A stretch of 64,000 bases of DNA from Blastocatellia bacterium (GCA_963765495.1 CAVXWP010000014.1:32001-96000), one strand, 5' to 3'; positions 38,538 through 49,741 are shown, numbered from the stretch's first letter. Notes: generated from the letters alone by a model not told the origin. Translations and numbers: made by a program.

Positions 38538-41219
38538 TCAGTCATCCACCTCTTCGCGTCTCTGCTCGATGCGGTCGCGGAATTCATAGGCACCCGACAG
38601 CACCTTGCGAGGTTTTGAGCCTTCGGCCGGGCCTACGAAACCTTCGTGCTCCATCGTGTCTAAAATCTTTGCTGCTCTTCCGTATCCGATTGAGAGCCTG
38701 CGCTGTAAGACCGAGGTCGAGGCGCGGCCCATATCTATGATGATCGCAAGTGCTTCGTCGTACAATTCGTCGTGCTCGCCTGAGAACCCGTCGCCGTCTT
38801 CGGAGGCCTCCTGTTCGCTCAGGGTCACCTTCTCGTCATAATCCGGGTCGGCCTGTTTTCGAGTGTGATCGGTGATTTTTTTGACCTCGTCTTCGTTTAC
38901 GAATGAGCCGTGGACGCGGACCAGCCGCGAGGAAGCGGGCGGCAAAAAGAGCATGTCACCCTGACCAAGCAATCCTTCTGCGCCGTTTGCGTCGATGATC
39001 GTGCGCGAGTCAACTTTTGACGACACGCGAAAGGCTATGCGGGAAGGGAAGTTGGCCTTTATGACGCCCGTGATCACGTCTACGGACGGGCGCTGAGTGG
39101 CAAGCACAAGATGGATGCCCACGGCGCGAGCCATTTGAGCGAGGCGAGCGATTGAGGTTTCCACATCGCTGCGAGCGACCATCATGAGATCGGCGAGTTC
39201 ATCAATGGCTATAACTATGTAAGGCAGCGGTTTGCGCGCCTCGGGGTCATCTTCGGAAAGCGTCGGGTGCAATAACTCCCGCACCTGCCGGTTGTATTGG
39301 TCTATGTTGCGGACCCCGAGCGTGGCAAGCTCTTTGTAGCGGTTCTCCATTTCGTTTACGGCCCATTTCAAGGCATTCGAGGCTCGCTTGGGGTCGGTGA
39401 CTATCGGAGTCAGCAGGTGCGGTATCCCTTCGTAAAGACCGAGTTCCAGCCGCTTGGGATCAACCATTATAAACTTCACCTGCTCGGGCGATGCCTTGTA
39501 GATGATCGAGCAGATTATCACGTTGAGCGTGACGGATTTGCCCGCGCCGGTTGCGCCCGCAATCAAAAGGTGAGGCATCCTCATCAGATCGGCTACGTAC
39601 TCTTCGCCGTTTATCGTCTTGCCGAGCGCGATTGTGAGCGCCGACTGGCTGTTTTGAAATTTTGACGATTCGATCACATCGCGCAGGTAAATCGTCTCGC
39701 GCTGCGAATTTGGAACCTCTATCCCCACCGTTGATTTGCCCGGTATGCGGTCGATGCGAATCGATTCGGCCTTGAGCGCAAGGCACAGGTCGTCGGAGAG
39801 ACCTACCACGCGGCTGTATTTGATGCCGGGGTCGGGTTTGAACTCGAATGTAGTGACCACAGGGCCGGGGTTGATGCGATGAATGTGGCCGGTGACGGAA
39901 AACTCTTTGCACTTTTCTGCGAGAGTTTTGGCGCGTTCGCGCAACTCTTCTTCGGCCTGTTCGGCGTGTCCGATTGGTGTTTCCAGTAAATCGAGCGGCG
40001 GCAATTTATAATCCACCTCGATGGCCGTGTGTGCGGGGGCCTTCCGGCGAGGAGTGCTTACGCGCGGGCCACCTTCGGATTCCTCCGCTGGCAGAGTGCG
40101 CTCGATTGAGATCGTAGATGTCATCTCGGCCACAACCGGGTCCAGCGTGACATCTGAGGCTACGGATTGTCTTGCGCGGGCCTGTTCGCTTCTTGCGGTT
40201 CGCGCTTTCAGGACCGCCGCCGCCGCCATCTCGCGGTGCGTGACGGATGCGGTTCGGACCGGCTCAACCTCTTCTTCTTCAAAGTCTTCCTCGAAATCGG
40301 TGTCGAGTTCAGCTTCTTCACCTTCTTCGATAAAGTTTGCCTGCCCGGTGGAGGCGACTACAGGTGAAATAATGATCTCCTCATCATCCTCCCGAGACTT
40401 TTGCGGCGCGGCTTTTCGCCGTTTTTCTGCCGCCTGTTGCCTGCGCTCTTCCGCCTGTTGTTCGCGTTCGAGTTGGCTGCGAACCTGTTCTTCCCGTTCC
40501 CTTTGTTGTCTTTCTGCTTCCTTCAGGCGGCGCTCTTCGGCCTTTGCCGTCTGTCGCTCTTCGGCGATTCGGCGGCGCTCTTCGGATCGCACGGCCCACC
40601 ACTGGCCGAGTCTTTGAAACATAGTAGGCTTGCCTTTGCGGCTCTTTTGGTAGGCTTCCCTTATTGATCGCAGCCAGTTGACGGCGGTCGCAAGCGAGAC
40701 TTCCATCGTGAGCATCAGCGTCAATACCGAAGCCACCGTCAGCACGATGGCCGCGCCTACCGTGTTCATCAGCCCCGCGAGCGCGCCTTCGAGCAGATAG
40801 CCGATCATACCGCCGTTTGTGCGAACATTTGCCAGCATCTCCAACCCAAATCCGGGAAAGAGAGCGAGGAATCCCGACAGCGCCAAAAGCAACAACACCG
40901 CGCCCACGATCTTTCGAAGGGGCAGCCCCGCCCGCTCTGAAAAGAATGTGCGCCCGGCTATCAGGACAAGCAACAGGGGGATGGCAAGCGAGGTCAGCCC
41001 AAACAACTGTAGGAAGAAGTCGCCGATGTATGCGCCCACCTTGCCTATTATGTTTGCAGGTTTATCAGCAATGACGGCGGAATTCCAACTGGGGTCTTTC
41101 GGATCGTAGGTCAAAAGGCTCAATAGCAGCAGGATGGCGGCGGCGACCAGAATTATAGCCACCACCTCGTTAGCGACCGATTTGCCGCTACTCTGTTTTG
41201 CGCGAGGTCTAGAGGTCAT
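38538..41219 (-). CDS. ftsK: DNA translocase FtsK
   Basis: 4TM N-terminus, PHLLIAGATGAGKS, DELADLMM, ATQRPSVDVITG, gamma domain ASTSVLQRRLSIGYGRAA. Confidence 0.97.
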   Translation of the reverse strand: MTSRPRAKQSSGKSVANEVVAIILVAAAILLLLSLLTYDPKDPSWNSAVIADKPANIIGKVGAYIGDFFLQLFGLTSLAIPLLLVLIAGRTFFSERAGLPLRKIVGAVLLLLALSGFLALFPGFGLEMLANVRTNGGMIGYLLEGALAGLMNTVGAAIVLTVASVLTLMLTMEVSLATAVNWLRSIREAYQKSRKGKPTMFQRLGQWWAVRSEERRRIAEERQTAKAEERRLKEAERQQREREEQVRSQLEREQQAEERRQQAAEKRRKAAPQKSREDDEEIIISPVVASTGQANFIEEGEEAELDTDFEEDFEEEEVEPVRTASVTHREMAAAAVLKARTARSEQARARQSVASDVTLDPVVAEMTSTISIERTLPAEESEGGPRVSTPRRKAPAHTAIEVDYKLPPLDLLETPIGHAEQAEEELRERAKTLAEKCKEFSVTGHIHRINPGPVVTTFEFKPDPGIKYSRVVGLSDDLCLALKAESIRIDRIPGKSTVGIEVPNSQRETIYLRDVIESSKFQNSQSALTIALGKTINGEEYVADLMRMPHLLIAGATGAGKSVTLNVIICSIIYKASPEQVKFIMVDPKRLELGLYEGIPHLLTPIVTDPKRASNALKWAVNEMENRYKELATLGVRNIDQYNRQVRELLHPTLSEDDPEARKPLPYIVIAIDELADLMMVARSDVETSIARLAQMARAVGIHLVLATQRPSVDVITGVIKANFPSRIAFRVSSKVDSRTIIDANGAEGLLGQGDMLFLPPASSRLVRVHGSFVNEDEVKKITDHTRKQADPDYDEKVTLSEQEASEDGDGFSGEHDELYDEALAIIIDMGRASTSVLQRRLSIGYGRAAKILDTMEHEGFVGPAEGSKPRKVLSGAYEFRDRIEQRREEVDD

Positions 41220-41374
41220 TCCAATGCTCGTTCTAACCTTACCAGATTCTCACGAAATGGCCAGCGCCAAAACAGCCACATTATGCACGAAGGGGGCCGG
41301 TGGCTGCAAAGCGGGAAAGAAAATCAACCTCCCTTCAAACGCGGAGCCGGTCAATTCCTGAGATGGTCTTTGCG

Positions 41375-41437
41375 AATTTTGCGTCCCGGCGTCTTTGCGA
41401 ATCGCGGTTTTTCGCAGAGTCGCCGGGACGCAAAATT
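41375..41437. repeat. Long hairpin (TTTGCGTC-type arms) just after the M16 gene; possible terminator
   Basis: aattttgcgtcccggcgtctttgcgaa / ttcgcagagtcgccgggacgcaaaatt. Confidence 0.75.
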
Positions 41438-41442
41438 TATCG

Positions 41443-44244
41443 TTACTGCTTGGCCGCAGACTTTGCGAAATCGCCTGCTTTAACTATGGTCAGCTTCGAC
41501 GGGTCCAGATGACGCTTGAGCGCCTGATTGATTTGTTCAGGCGTGAGCGCGGCTATTTTCTTTTCCAGTTCGGCGTTCCAGGCAAGCGTGCGATCTAAGA
41601 AAAGATATGAAGCAAGCGTCCGCGCGAGCGCCCCATCCTGTGCGCGGTTGACCTGTTGCGATTGCAAAAAGCCCGTCTTTGCCGCCTCTACCTCTTCGGC
41701 GGTAAATCCGTCCTTGAGCGCCCGCTCGATCTCTTCTTTGAAGGCGGCTTCCAGTTTAACCGCATTCTCAGGCGCATATATCGCGAACGCCGTGAACGCG
41801 CCGCTGTCATCAAGCGCGTCCGCGCTCAGATTCGATCCGATGCCGTAACTCAAGCCTTCTTTCTGTCGAATGCGCGTGGCAAGACGCGAGTTCAAAAACC
41901 CGCCTCCAAGCATGTAATTGCCAAGCAATAGCGCCGGGTAATCCGGGTCGTTGTCTCGCAACTTGAGCGGCATCCCCGCCACGAAGAAAGCGTTTGCCTT
42001 GTCGGGCGTCTGTAGCGATTCGTTGATCGGCGGAATGGGTTTATAGACGCTGACTATCCGCGAATATGATCCGGGGTTCTTCCACGAACCGAAGAGCGAA
42101 CCCGTCAGGTCTTTGACCGCTTTAGGATCGAAAGCGCCCACAATCGCAAACTCGCCCTTCGACGCGCCGTAGAAATCCTTGTAAAATTTCTTTACGTCTT
42201 CAAGCGTCAACGCCTTCACATCAGCCACGTCTTCATCGGGCGTGGTCACGTATCGCACATCACCCTTCGGATACGGGCTCATGTGTCGCTGGAAAAGAGT
42301 CAGGGCCACCGATTGCGGCTGGCTGCGCTGGGATTCTATATCGGTCAGCACCTCCTGCTTGAGTTGTTCGAACTCTTCGGCGGGAAATGCCGGCTCTTCG
42401 AGTATTTCAGCCACGAGTTTCAAAACGGCCGGAAAATTCTCGCGCGTAGTCTCGATGGAAGCGTTGGCAGAAGTCGGGCCGCCCGTGACTGCGACTCGCG
42501 CCTTGAGGCGGTCGAATTCATCCTGAATCTGCTGGCGCGTGTGTTTCGTGGTGCCCCTCATCAGCATCTGCCCCGCAAACGTAGCGGCCGTCGAGCGATT
42601 CATCAAACTCTTTTCATCTCCGAAGTGCAGCCGCAAGGATGCGACCACGGTGTTGCCGCGCGTCTGCTTTGGAAGCATCGCCAGTTCAAGCCCGCCGGGA
42701 AGCGTATCTCTGGTCACACGCGATTCGATATTTGCGGGCGACGGGTCGAACGCCTCGCCTGCGGCTATGGCAGCCTCGCCCTTGTAATCCTTGACCAGCG
42801 CCTCGACATCGGGCGTGGGCGGAATCTCGGCAATGTCGGGTTTTTCGGTGGGAATGAACTGGCCTACGGTGCGGTTTGTCGGTTTCAGATAAGCCGCGGC
42901 CACGCGCTCGACATCGGCGGGCGTGACTTTCTTTAATCGGTCTCGATGAAGAAAGAACAACCGCCAGTCTCCCTGAGCCATCCACTCGCTGAGTTGCAAG
43001 CCTACGCGGTCGGCCGAATTCAGCGTCAGCTCTATGTTCTTCAGCAAAGAGGTTCGCGCACGCTCGACCTCTTCGGCGGTTGGCGGTTTGGTCGCCATCC
43101 CTTCAACCGTTTCGATCATGGTCTGGCGCACCTCTTCGACCGATTTGTCTTTTGGCACCTCGGCGTTGACAAGCAGCATACCCGGATCGTGCTGTTGAAA
43201 GTTAAAGCCGCCGACCGAAGCGGCCTTCTTTGTCTCGACCAGTGCCTTGTGCAGTCTGCCGGACGGCGTGTCGGCGAGTATCTGTGTGAGTATATCTATG
43301 GCCGCAAAGTCCGGGTGCGAGCCCGCCGGTATGTGGTAAAGAGCCATTACGAGTTGCGTGTCGCCGACACGGCGAACGTCTACGGTGCGCTCGCCGTCTT
43401 TGGCGGGCTCTACGGTGTAGATCGGCTCAAGCTTGCGCGTGGGTCGCGGTATTGAGCCGAACTTGCCCGCGATCATATCGAGCGCCTTGTTTGAATCGAA
43501 TTTGCCCGCGACCAGAAGCACCGCGTTATCGGGCTGGTAATAGTTGTGATAAAAAGCCTGCAAACGCTCGATGGGAACGTTTTCGATGTCGCTGCGATTG
43601 CCTATGGGCAGATTGCCATAGTTGTGCCAGTCGTAGGTCGTGCCCAGCATACGTTTGAGCAGCACGAGAAACGGAGAGTTTTCGCCCGATTCGAATTCAT
43701 TACGCACGACGGTCATCTCGGAATCGAGGTCTTTTTTTGCGATGAAAGAATTGATCATGCGATCCGATTCAAGGTCGAGCGCCCAGTCGAAATTGGCATC
43801 CGTGGCAGAGAATGTCTCGAAATAATTTGTGCGGTCGAATGACGTGGAGCCGTTCGGGAATGCGCCGTGCGCGGTCAATTCCTGCGGGATGTTCTTGTGG
43901 TTGGGCGTACCCTTGAAAACCATGTGTTCAAGAAGGTGCGCCATGCCGGTCTCGCCGTAATTTTCCTGCCGCGAGCCTACCAGATAGGTGACGTTGACGG
44001 TGATCGTCTGTTTTGATTGATCGGGGAAAAGCAGAACCCGCAAACCGTTTTCGAGACGATATTCGGTTATGCCTTCAACGGATGTGACACGCGTAACGCC
44101 TTTCGGAAGCGCCTGTGCCGCCTGTTGCGGCGGCTTTGCGGGAGAGGCCGCAAGCGTCGCTATCGGCGCAAGACTGGTTGAGACGAGCGCCAGAAAAATC
44201 AATAAGAGCAAAATTTTATGTCTTGCTACGCTGTTAAATTTCAT
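41443..44244 (-). CDS. Secreted M16 zinc metallopeptidase (PqqL/pitrilysin-like)
   Basis: Signal peptide; GMAHLLEHMVFKG (HxxEH); RL...IRQKEGLSYG. Confidence 0.93.
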   Translation of the reverse strand: MKFNSVARHKILLLLIFLALVSTSLAPIATLAASPAKPPQQAAQALPKGVTRVTSVEGITEYRLENGLRVLLFPDQSKQTITVNVTYLVGSRQENYGETGMAHLLEHMVFKGTPNHKNIPQELTAHGAFPNGSTSFDRTNYFETFSATDANFDWALDLESDRMINSFIAKKDLDSEMTVVRNEFESGENSPFLVLLKRMLGTTYDWHNYGNLPIGNRSDIENVPIERLQAFYHNYYQPDNAVLLVAGKFDSNKALDMIAGKFGSIPRPTRKLEPIYTVEPAKDGERTVDVRRVGDTQLVMALYHIPAGSHPDFAAIDILTQILADTPSGRLHKALVETKKAASVGGFNFQQHDPGMLLVNAEVPKDKSVEEVRQTMIETVEGMATKPPTAEEVERARTSLLKNIELTLNSADRVGLQLSEWMAQGDWRLFFLHRDRLKKVTPADVERVAAAYLKPTNRTVGQFIPTEKPDIAEIPPTPDVEALVKDYKGEAAIAAGEAFDPSPANIESRVTRDTLPGGLELAMLPKQTRGNTVVASLRLHFGDEKSLMNRSTAATFAGQMLMRGTTKHTRQQIQDEFDRLKARVAVTGGPTSANASIETTRENFPAVLKLVAEILEEPAFPAEEFEQLKQEVLTDIESQRSQPQSVALTLFQRHMSPYPKGDVRYVTTPDEDVADVKALTLEDVKKFYKDFYGASKGEFAIVGAFDPKAVKDLTGSLFGSWKNPGSYSRIVSVYKPIPPINESLQTPDKANAFFVAGMPLKLRDNDPDYPALLLGNYMLGGGFLNSRLATRIRQKEGLSYGIGSNLSADALDDSGAFTAFAIYAPENAVKLEAAFKEEIERALKDGFTAEEVEAAKTGFLQSQQVNRAQDGALARTLASYLFLDRTLAWNAELEKKIAALTPEQINQALKRHLDPSKLTIVKAGDFAKSAAKQ

Positions 44245-44301
44245 GCTAACTCCTTGAAAACTGGGCAGACAAAAATGGGTACGATTATCACCCGCTGATT
44301 G

Positions 44302-45433
44302 CTATTTATTTACCGCATCCGGCACGGTTGCTTCGAGCGCGGATTTGCTCTTTAGCGCGAGATACTGCTTTATAAACTCGTCAATATCCCCATCGAGCAC
44401 CGCATCGACATCCCCCATCTCATACTTTGTTCTGACGTCTTTCGCAAGACGATACGGATGCAAAACGTAATTGCGTATCTGCGAGCCGAATGATATATCG
44501 CGCTTCGTCTCTTCGAGTTGAGCGGTCTCGGCCCGCCGCTTCTCCATCTCGAGTTCGTAAAGGCGCGATTTGAGAATCCGCATCGCCACCTCGCGGTTCT
44601 GATGCTGAGACCGTTGATTCTGACACGTGACGACGATGCCGGTCAGCAGGTGAGTTATTCGCACCGCCGAATCGGTCACGTTTACGTGCTGGCCGCCCGC
44701 GCCCGAAGAGCGATATGTGTCAACGCGCAAATCTTTATCCTGAATCTCGATGTCCACATCTTCTTCGATGTCGGGATAGACAAAGACCGAAGCGAAACTG
44801 GTTTCGCGGCTCTGCCCCGCGTTGAACGGGCTGAGCCGGACAAGTCGATGCACTCCCGCCTCGGCCGCAAGCAACCCGTAGGCGTACTCGCCTGAGACGG
44901 TAAATGTAGCCCCTTTTATGCCCGCTTCCTTGCCGGGCTGCTCGTCTACTATTTCAACCTTGAATCCGTGCCGCTCGGCCCATCGCAGATACATCCTGAG
45001 CAGCATCCCGGCCCAGTCCTGTGCGTCGGTCCCGCCCGCCCCCGCGTTTATCGTGACTATGGCGTCGCGAGCGTCATTCGGGCCTGACAGAAGCATTTCG
45101 GTCTCGGTCTCTTCGACTTCGGTTTCGAGCCGGGCTATGGCCGATTCAAGCTCGGCAAGCGAGCCTTCATCCTCGGCGGCAAACTCTATCAAAACGCCCG
45201 CGTCTTCAACATCGCGGCGAAAGCGGTCGGCTTTTTCGATAGCCGATTCCAGGCGGCTGCGTTTCTTGAGGATTTTTTGCGCCCGCTCCTGATCGTCCCA
45301 GAAATCGGTCTTTGCGCTCTCTTCTTCTATCCGCGTGAGTTCTACTCTTTTTGTTTCCGGGTCAAAGAAACCTCCGCAACTCGGCGGCGCGCGCGGATAA
45401 ATCTTCGTATTTGTTCTTCAGTTCTTCGATCAT
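44302..45433 (-). CDS. prfB: Peptide chain release factor 2, translated via a programmed +1 frameshift
   Basis: ATG 45433 ... CGG AGG TTT CTT TGA C (45367-45361), then RF2 body with SPF and GAGGQ motifs. Confidence 0.96.
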
Positions 45434-45464
45434 AATCTTAACCTCAACGAGTAAGCGCAAAAGA

Positions 45465-48182
45465 TCACTCTTCGCTTTTCTCTTTCTTAGGAATAAAAGT
45501 CGCGGCCACAAGCAGCAGGCTGATTGCTGTGCACGCAATTGCGAACAGATCGCCGTAGCGAGTGTAGAATGTCAGGCCGTCGCCTCCGGCTTCGGCAACC
45601 GTCTTTGCCTTCCACCGCCGCGTAGCAATCTCAAACATCTCCGTCTCATCGTATGTATTGCCGTAACGATCTATTCGTGCCGACAGTCCCGAATTGGTCA
45701 CGCGGATCAATTCCGTGTTGTTTTCGACCGCCCGAAATACCGCCTCGGCCAGCATTTGCCGGGCGGCAGCCGCAGAGTTGTACCACAACTCGTTGGAAAT
45801 TTGCGCGAACACGGAAGCGCCCATCAACCGCTCGCGGCGCGCAATATCGGGCCTTGTGGCCTCAAAGCATATCAGTGTTCCGAGCTTTGCTCCTGCCACG
45901 TCGCTCAAAATCAAATTCTTGCCGGGAGCGATATCATAAATGAGCGCGGGCACGCGATCCATAAAGGGAATCCAGCTTCGCGCCGGCACATATTCGCCAA
46001 AGGGAACCAACGCGATTTTATCATATTCGCTGATTTTCTCACCAGTTGGCCCTATCAGAATCGCGCTGTTATAGCTTATATCATCGGTTTCGGCTCCGAC
46101 TGGAAATCCCCAGCTGCTTATCAAAAGATAGACCTGATTGCGCCGAGCAAACTCACCGAGTCGCCCGCGCAAACCTTCGTCACGATCGTAAGCATAATTC
46201 ATAGGCGATTCGGGCCAGATCACAAGATCGACCCCCGCGCCCTTGTTTTCGCGGTTCTCAATCGGCCCCTCGGTCGGCGCGAAATTCTTTCCCGGCGCGG
46301 CAGCGCCCGGCGGGTTACCCTTTCCCCTTATGGCCTCTTCCGATAGCGTGAGGTGCTGAGTCGTCATTCGATCGATGAAATTCGGATCGTCCCACGGCCC
46401 CGAGATCGGAATATCAGGCTGAACGGCTACAACCGAAACCGAATGCGGTTCATCGGCTTCGGGTCTGATTGCCTGCCCGTAGGCGAGAGTCGCTCCCGCA
46501 AGCACGCCTGCCGCCGTCAGCACTATTATGCCGCGCCTCCGTTCCAGATAGATCAGAGCAAACACGAGCGCGGTGCTTGCCGAAACCAGGAGCGCGCTCA
46601 CGATGTAGACACCACCCAGCCGCGCTATTTGAATTACCGGCTGCTGAAACGCCTGAGAATACCCGAGCGCGTTCCAGCCCATGCCGACCGTTTGAATCCG
46701 CGCCCACTCGCTTGCGGCCCAGAGAGCGGGCGCGGCAAGCATCGCCCACCCGCCGAACCGGTTTATCAGGCGGCCAAGCGCCGCCGCAAAAAGTCCCGTG
46801 AATAGACCGAGCAGCGAAGCGAAGGCCAGAAGAATCAGATAGCTTAAAAAGAGCGGTATCTCGCCATAGACATTGAAGGTATGAGTTACCCAGTGCGACG
46901 AGCCCATGTAAAAGAGCGTCCCCGTCACATAGCCGAGCAGCATCGAAGGCCAGAAACGCTGTTCGCGGGCAACGGCCATGATGAGCGGCGCGGTGCCTAC
47001 CCAGCCGAGCGACCAGAGATTCCATTCGGGAAAAGCGAAGATCAGCAGCAGGCCGGAAAAAAGGGCGAGCGATAGATTGCTGATGAAAGGAGGGGTCGAT
47101 TGCTGGTAAGGCAGCACCTTTGCTACGCGGAGCCGCCGGGCCAGAAGATCATCGCGAGAGAAGGCCGGAGGCATAGCCTCTTCGGTGTGCCGAAGGCGAA
47201 AGGTTTTCTCGTCTGCGATCAGCGATGGACAATCAGTCATGAATTTATTGGCGCTGAATACTTCGAATCCATCATTCAGATCTTCAGCACGGGTCTGCTC
47301 GTGGACCATCTCGGCCATATACGAACTTCTGACCAGCGGCCCGGAAAAGACGGCGCGAAACCCCAGCCCCTCGCCGTACTCTTTGTACTCCTGGAAAACA
47401 TCCGGGTGAAGGTACTCTTCAACGGCCAGGTGCTTCCGCGTAGGTTGCAGATACTGGCCTATGGTCACGACGCCTACATCGTGCGCGCGCAAATCTTCGA
47501 GCAGTTGCCTTACTTCCTGCTTTCGCTCGCCCAGGCCAACCATAAACCCGGATTTCGTCAGGATGCCGGGCGCGTAACGGTTCGCGTTTCGAAGCAGATC
47601 GAGTGATTGCTGATAATCGGCCTGCGGACGCACCTTCGGATAGAGCCTGGGGACCGACTCTACGTTGTGATTGAACGTATCGGGCCGGGCGTCGAGCACA
47701 GCGTGGAGGGCTTCCCGGTTCCCCTTGAAATCCGGGGTCAGCACTTCTATCAGAGATTCAGGCAAGCGGCTACGGACGGCGTGTATGGTCTTTGCGAAAT
47801 GGCCTGCGCCGCCGTCGGGCAATTCGTCTCGATTGACCGAAGTGATGACCACGTACCGCAACCCGAGTTGAGAGGCGGCTTCGGCCACCTCGTCGGGCTC
47901 GCCCGCGAGCGATTCGAGCGAAGCTCCTCTGCCGGTCTTTACCGCGCAGAAACCGCAACTGCGCGAGCACGTATCGCCAAGTATCATGAAAGTAGCCGCG
48001 CCACGGGCAAAGCAATCGTTTCGATTCGGGCAGCGCGCCTCTTCGCACACGGTGTGCAGATTTCGGGTCCGAAGCATCCGCTTCAATTCGTGATCGGCCT
48101 CGACATTGCGCCCGGGCTTTCGAAGCCATTCGGGGAGCCGCGCACGCGGGTTGCTTTTCATTCCTTCGATTTGAACTAGCAT
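45465..48182 (-). CDS. lipA-lnt: Lipoyl synthase (LipA) fused in frame to apolipoprotein N-acyltransferase (Lnt)
   Basis: LipA CEEARCPNRNDC, CSRSCGFC, RSSY; Lnt TM block, IWPES, YDKIALVPFGEY, LICFE; no stop codon between them. Confidence 0.85.
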   Translation of the reverse strand: MLVQIEGMKSNPRARLPEWLRKPGRNVEADHELKRMLRTRNLHTVCEEARCPNRNDCFARGAATFMILGDTCSRSCGFCAVKTGRGASLESLAGEPDEVAEAASQLGLRYVVITSVNRDELPDGGAGHFAKTIHAVRSRLPESLIEVLTPDFKGNREALHAVLDARPDTFNHNVESVPRLYPKVRPQADYQQSLDLLRNANRYAPGILTKSGFMVGLGERKQEVRQLLEDLRAHDVGVVTIGQYLQPTRKHLAVEEYLHPDVFQEYKEYGEGLGFRAVFSGPLVRSSYMAEMVHEQTRAEDLNDGFEVFSANKFMTDCPSLIADEKTFRLRHTEEAMPPAFSRDDLLARRLRVAKVLPYQQSTPPFISNLSLALFSGLLLIFAFPEWNLWSLGWVGTAPLIMAVAREQRFWPSMLLGYVTGTLFYMGSSHWVTHTFNVYGEIPLFLSYLILLAFASLLGLFTGLFAAALGRLINRFGGWAMLAAPALWAASEWARIQTVGMGWNALGYSQAFQQPVIQIARLGGVYIVSALLVSASTALVFALIYLERRRGIIVLTAAGVLAGATLAYGQAIRPEADEPHSVSVVAVQPDIPISGPWDDPNFIDRMTTQHLTLSEEAIRGKGNPPGAAAPGKNFAPTEGPIENRENKGAGVDLVIWPESPMNYAYDRDEGLRGRLGEFARRNQVYLLISSWGFPVGAETDDISYNSAILIGPTGEKISEYDKIALVPFGEYVPARSWIPFMDRVPALIYDIAPGKNLILSDVAGAKLGTLICFEATRPDIARRERLMGASVFAQISNELWYNSAAAARQMLAEAVFRAVENNTELIRVTNSGLSARIDRYGNTYDETEMFEIATRRWKAKTVAEAGGDGLTFYTRYGDLFAIACTAISLLLVAATFIPKKEKSEE

Positions 48183-48184
48183 AA

Positions 48185-48283
48185 TTCGTAATGCGTGATG
48201 CGTGATGCGTCACGCGTGACTATCAGACAGGTCGCTGTTTCAGACAATTTGCAAGTCTGCAAGAATCACGCGTCACGCATCAC
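48185..48283. repeat. CGTGA-heptamer-armed palindromic repeat, family copy 3
   Basis: gcgtgatgcgtgatgcgtcacgcgtgactatcagacag..caatttgcaagtc..aatcacgcgtcacgcatcac. Confidence 0.85.
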
Positions 48284-48286
48284 TTT

Positions 48287-48721
48287 TCAATTCTGCGCCC
48301 CCGGGATAATCATCACGCCCTTCATGCCTTCGGTCGTAAGCTCGCTGGCTACCTGTTGAGCCTCCTCACGCGTTTTATACGGACCTATGCGAACGCGATA
48401 GAGAGTGTCGGGGCCGTTGGGCTCCTGTGTGTGCGCGCTCAGATATTTCTGGCGAAGTTCGGAAACGCGATGGTCCGCCTGATCTTTTGTTCCATACGCG
48501 CCGACCTGCACGATAAAACGGGCGTCTTTACTCTCTTCCTGCGTTTGCGTCTGCGTGCCTGCGGGCGGCTGTTTGCCGGATGATGCGTTCTTGGAATCTG
48601 CCGCGACCGGCTCACTTGCAGTCGAAGGAGCTTCCTTGACCACGTTCAACCCGGCCCAGAAAGCTCCCAGAAGCAACGCGATTCCTACGATAAAGAGCGC
48701 GATTACCTGCTTGTTAGACAT
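48287..48721 (-). CDS. SPOR domain protein (FtsN/DedD-like)
   Basis: N-terminal TM helix; FIVQVGAY, LYRVRIGPY..REEA. Confidence 0.9.
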   Translation of the reverse strand: MSNKQVIALFIVGIALLLGAFWAGLNVVKEAPSTASEPVAADSKNASSGKQPPAGTQTQTQEESKDARFIVQVGAYGTKDQADHRVSELRQKYLSAHTQEPNGPDTLYRVRIGPYKTREEAQQVASELTTEGMKGVMIIPGAQN

Positions 48722-48762
48722 CTTCCTTAGCTCATCTCCTGCGCCTTGATTTCAACCTCGCG

Positions 48763-49572
48763 TTACCCCACCTTGAAGGTTTCGCGCGGCTGGCCTGTAA
48801 CGGCCTCCTGCCTGATTTTGGGGCCGAGCAGCGCCGTAAGCATATCTACCGGGACCGGAAAAATTACGGTGGTGTTTTGCTCCATGCCTATCTCGGTCAG
48901 CGTTTGCAGATAGCGCAACTGCAACGCGGTAGGCTCAGCGGCGATGGCCGTAGCGGCGCGAACCAGCTTTTCTGCCGCCTGATATTCGCCTTCGGCGTGG
49001 ATGATCTTGGCGCGCTTTTCGCGCTCGGCCTCAGCCTGTCGCGACATTGCCCGGCGCATCTCCTGAGGCAAATCCACCGCCTTGATCTCGACCATTGACA
49101 CCTTGATGCCCCACTGGTCGGTGTGCAGATCGAGTATCTCTTGAAGCCGCTCATTCAACTTCTCGCGTTTCGATAACAACTCGTCAAGCTCCGCTTCGCC
49201 GAGCACCGAGCGCAGAGTGGTCTGCGCGAGTTGAGAAGTGGCGTAGAGATAATTTTCAACTTCGACCACTGCCAGACGCGGTTCAAGCACCCGAAAGTAG
49301 ACCACCGCGTTTACGGAAACGGTCACGTTGTCACGTGTTATCACATCCTGCGGCGGAACGTCCATCGTGATCGTCCGAAGACTTACCCGCACTATGCGAT
49401 CAATCGGACGAAAGACCATGATGATGCCCGGCCCTTTTGCTTCCGGCAGCAACCGACCGAGGCGAAAGATGACGCCTCGCTCGTATTCCGGCAAAATATT
49501 GATCACGCTCAAAAGGTAGATCAGCAGGATCGCGCCTGCGATGATCGGCCATGTGAAAAGTTCATTGCCCAT
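48763..49572 (-). CDS. SPFH/band-7 (stomatin-like, slipin) protein
   Basis: [43 protein letters not shown]. Confidence 0.95.
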   Translation of the reverse strand: MGNELFTWPIIAGAILLIYLLSVINILPEYERGVIFRLGRLLPEAKGPGIIMVFRPIDRIVRVSLRTITMDVPPQDVITRDNVTVSVNAVVYFRVLEPRLAVVEVENYLYATSQLAQTTLRSVLGEAELDELLSKREKLNERLQEILDLHTDQWGIKVSMVEIKAVDLPQEMRRAMSRQAEAEREKRAKIIHAEGEYQAAEKLVRAATAIAAEPTALQLRYLQTLTEIGMEQNTTVIFPVPVDMLTALLGPKIRQEAVTGQPRETFKVG

Positions 49573-49741
49573 AGATCATCTCCTATTCTAGTCGGTTCTC
49601 GCTCACAGCGAAAGAGAACCTGTCAAAGGCTTCGACGTTCAGTTTAGAGTATTCAATTATACAAAGCCGGAATTAATACCTGGGAACCTTAACATCTCTG
49701 AACGTGGATCACAGCAATCCGGGCAAATTATGATGATTCGA

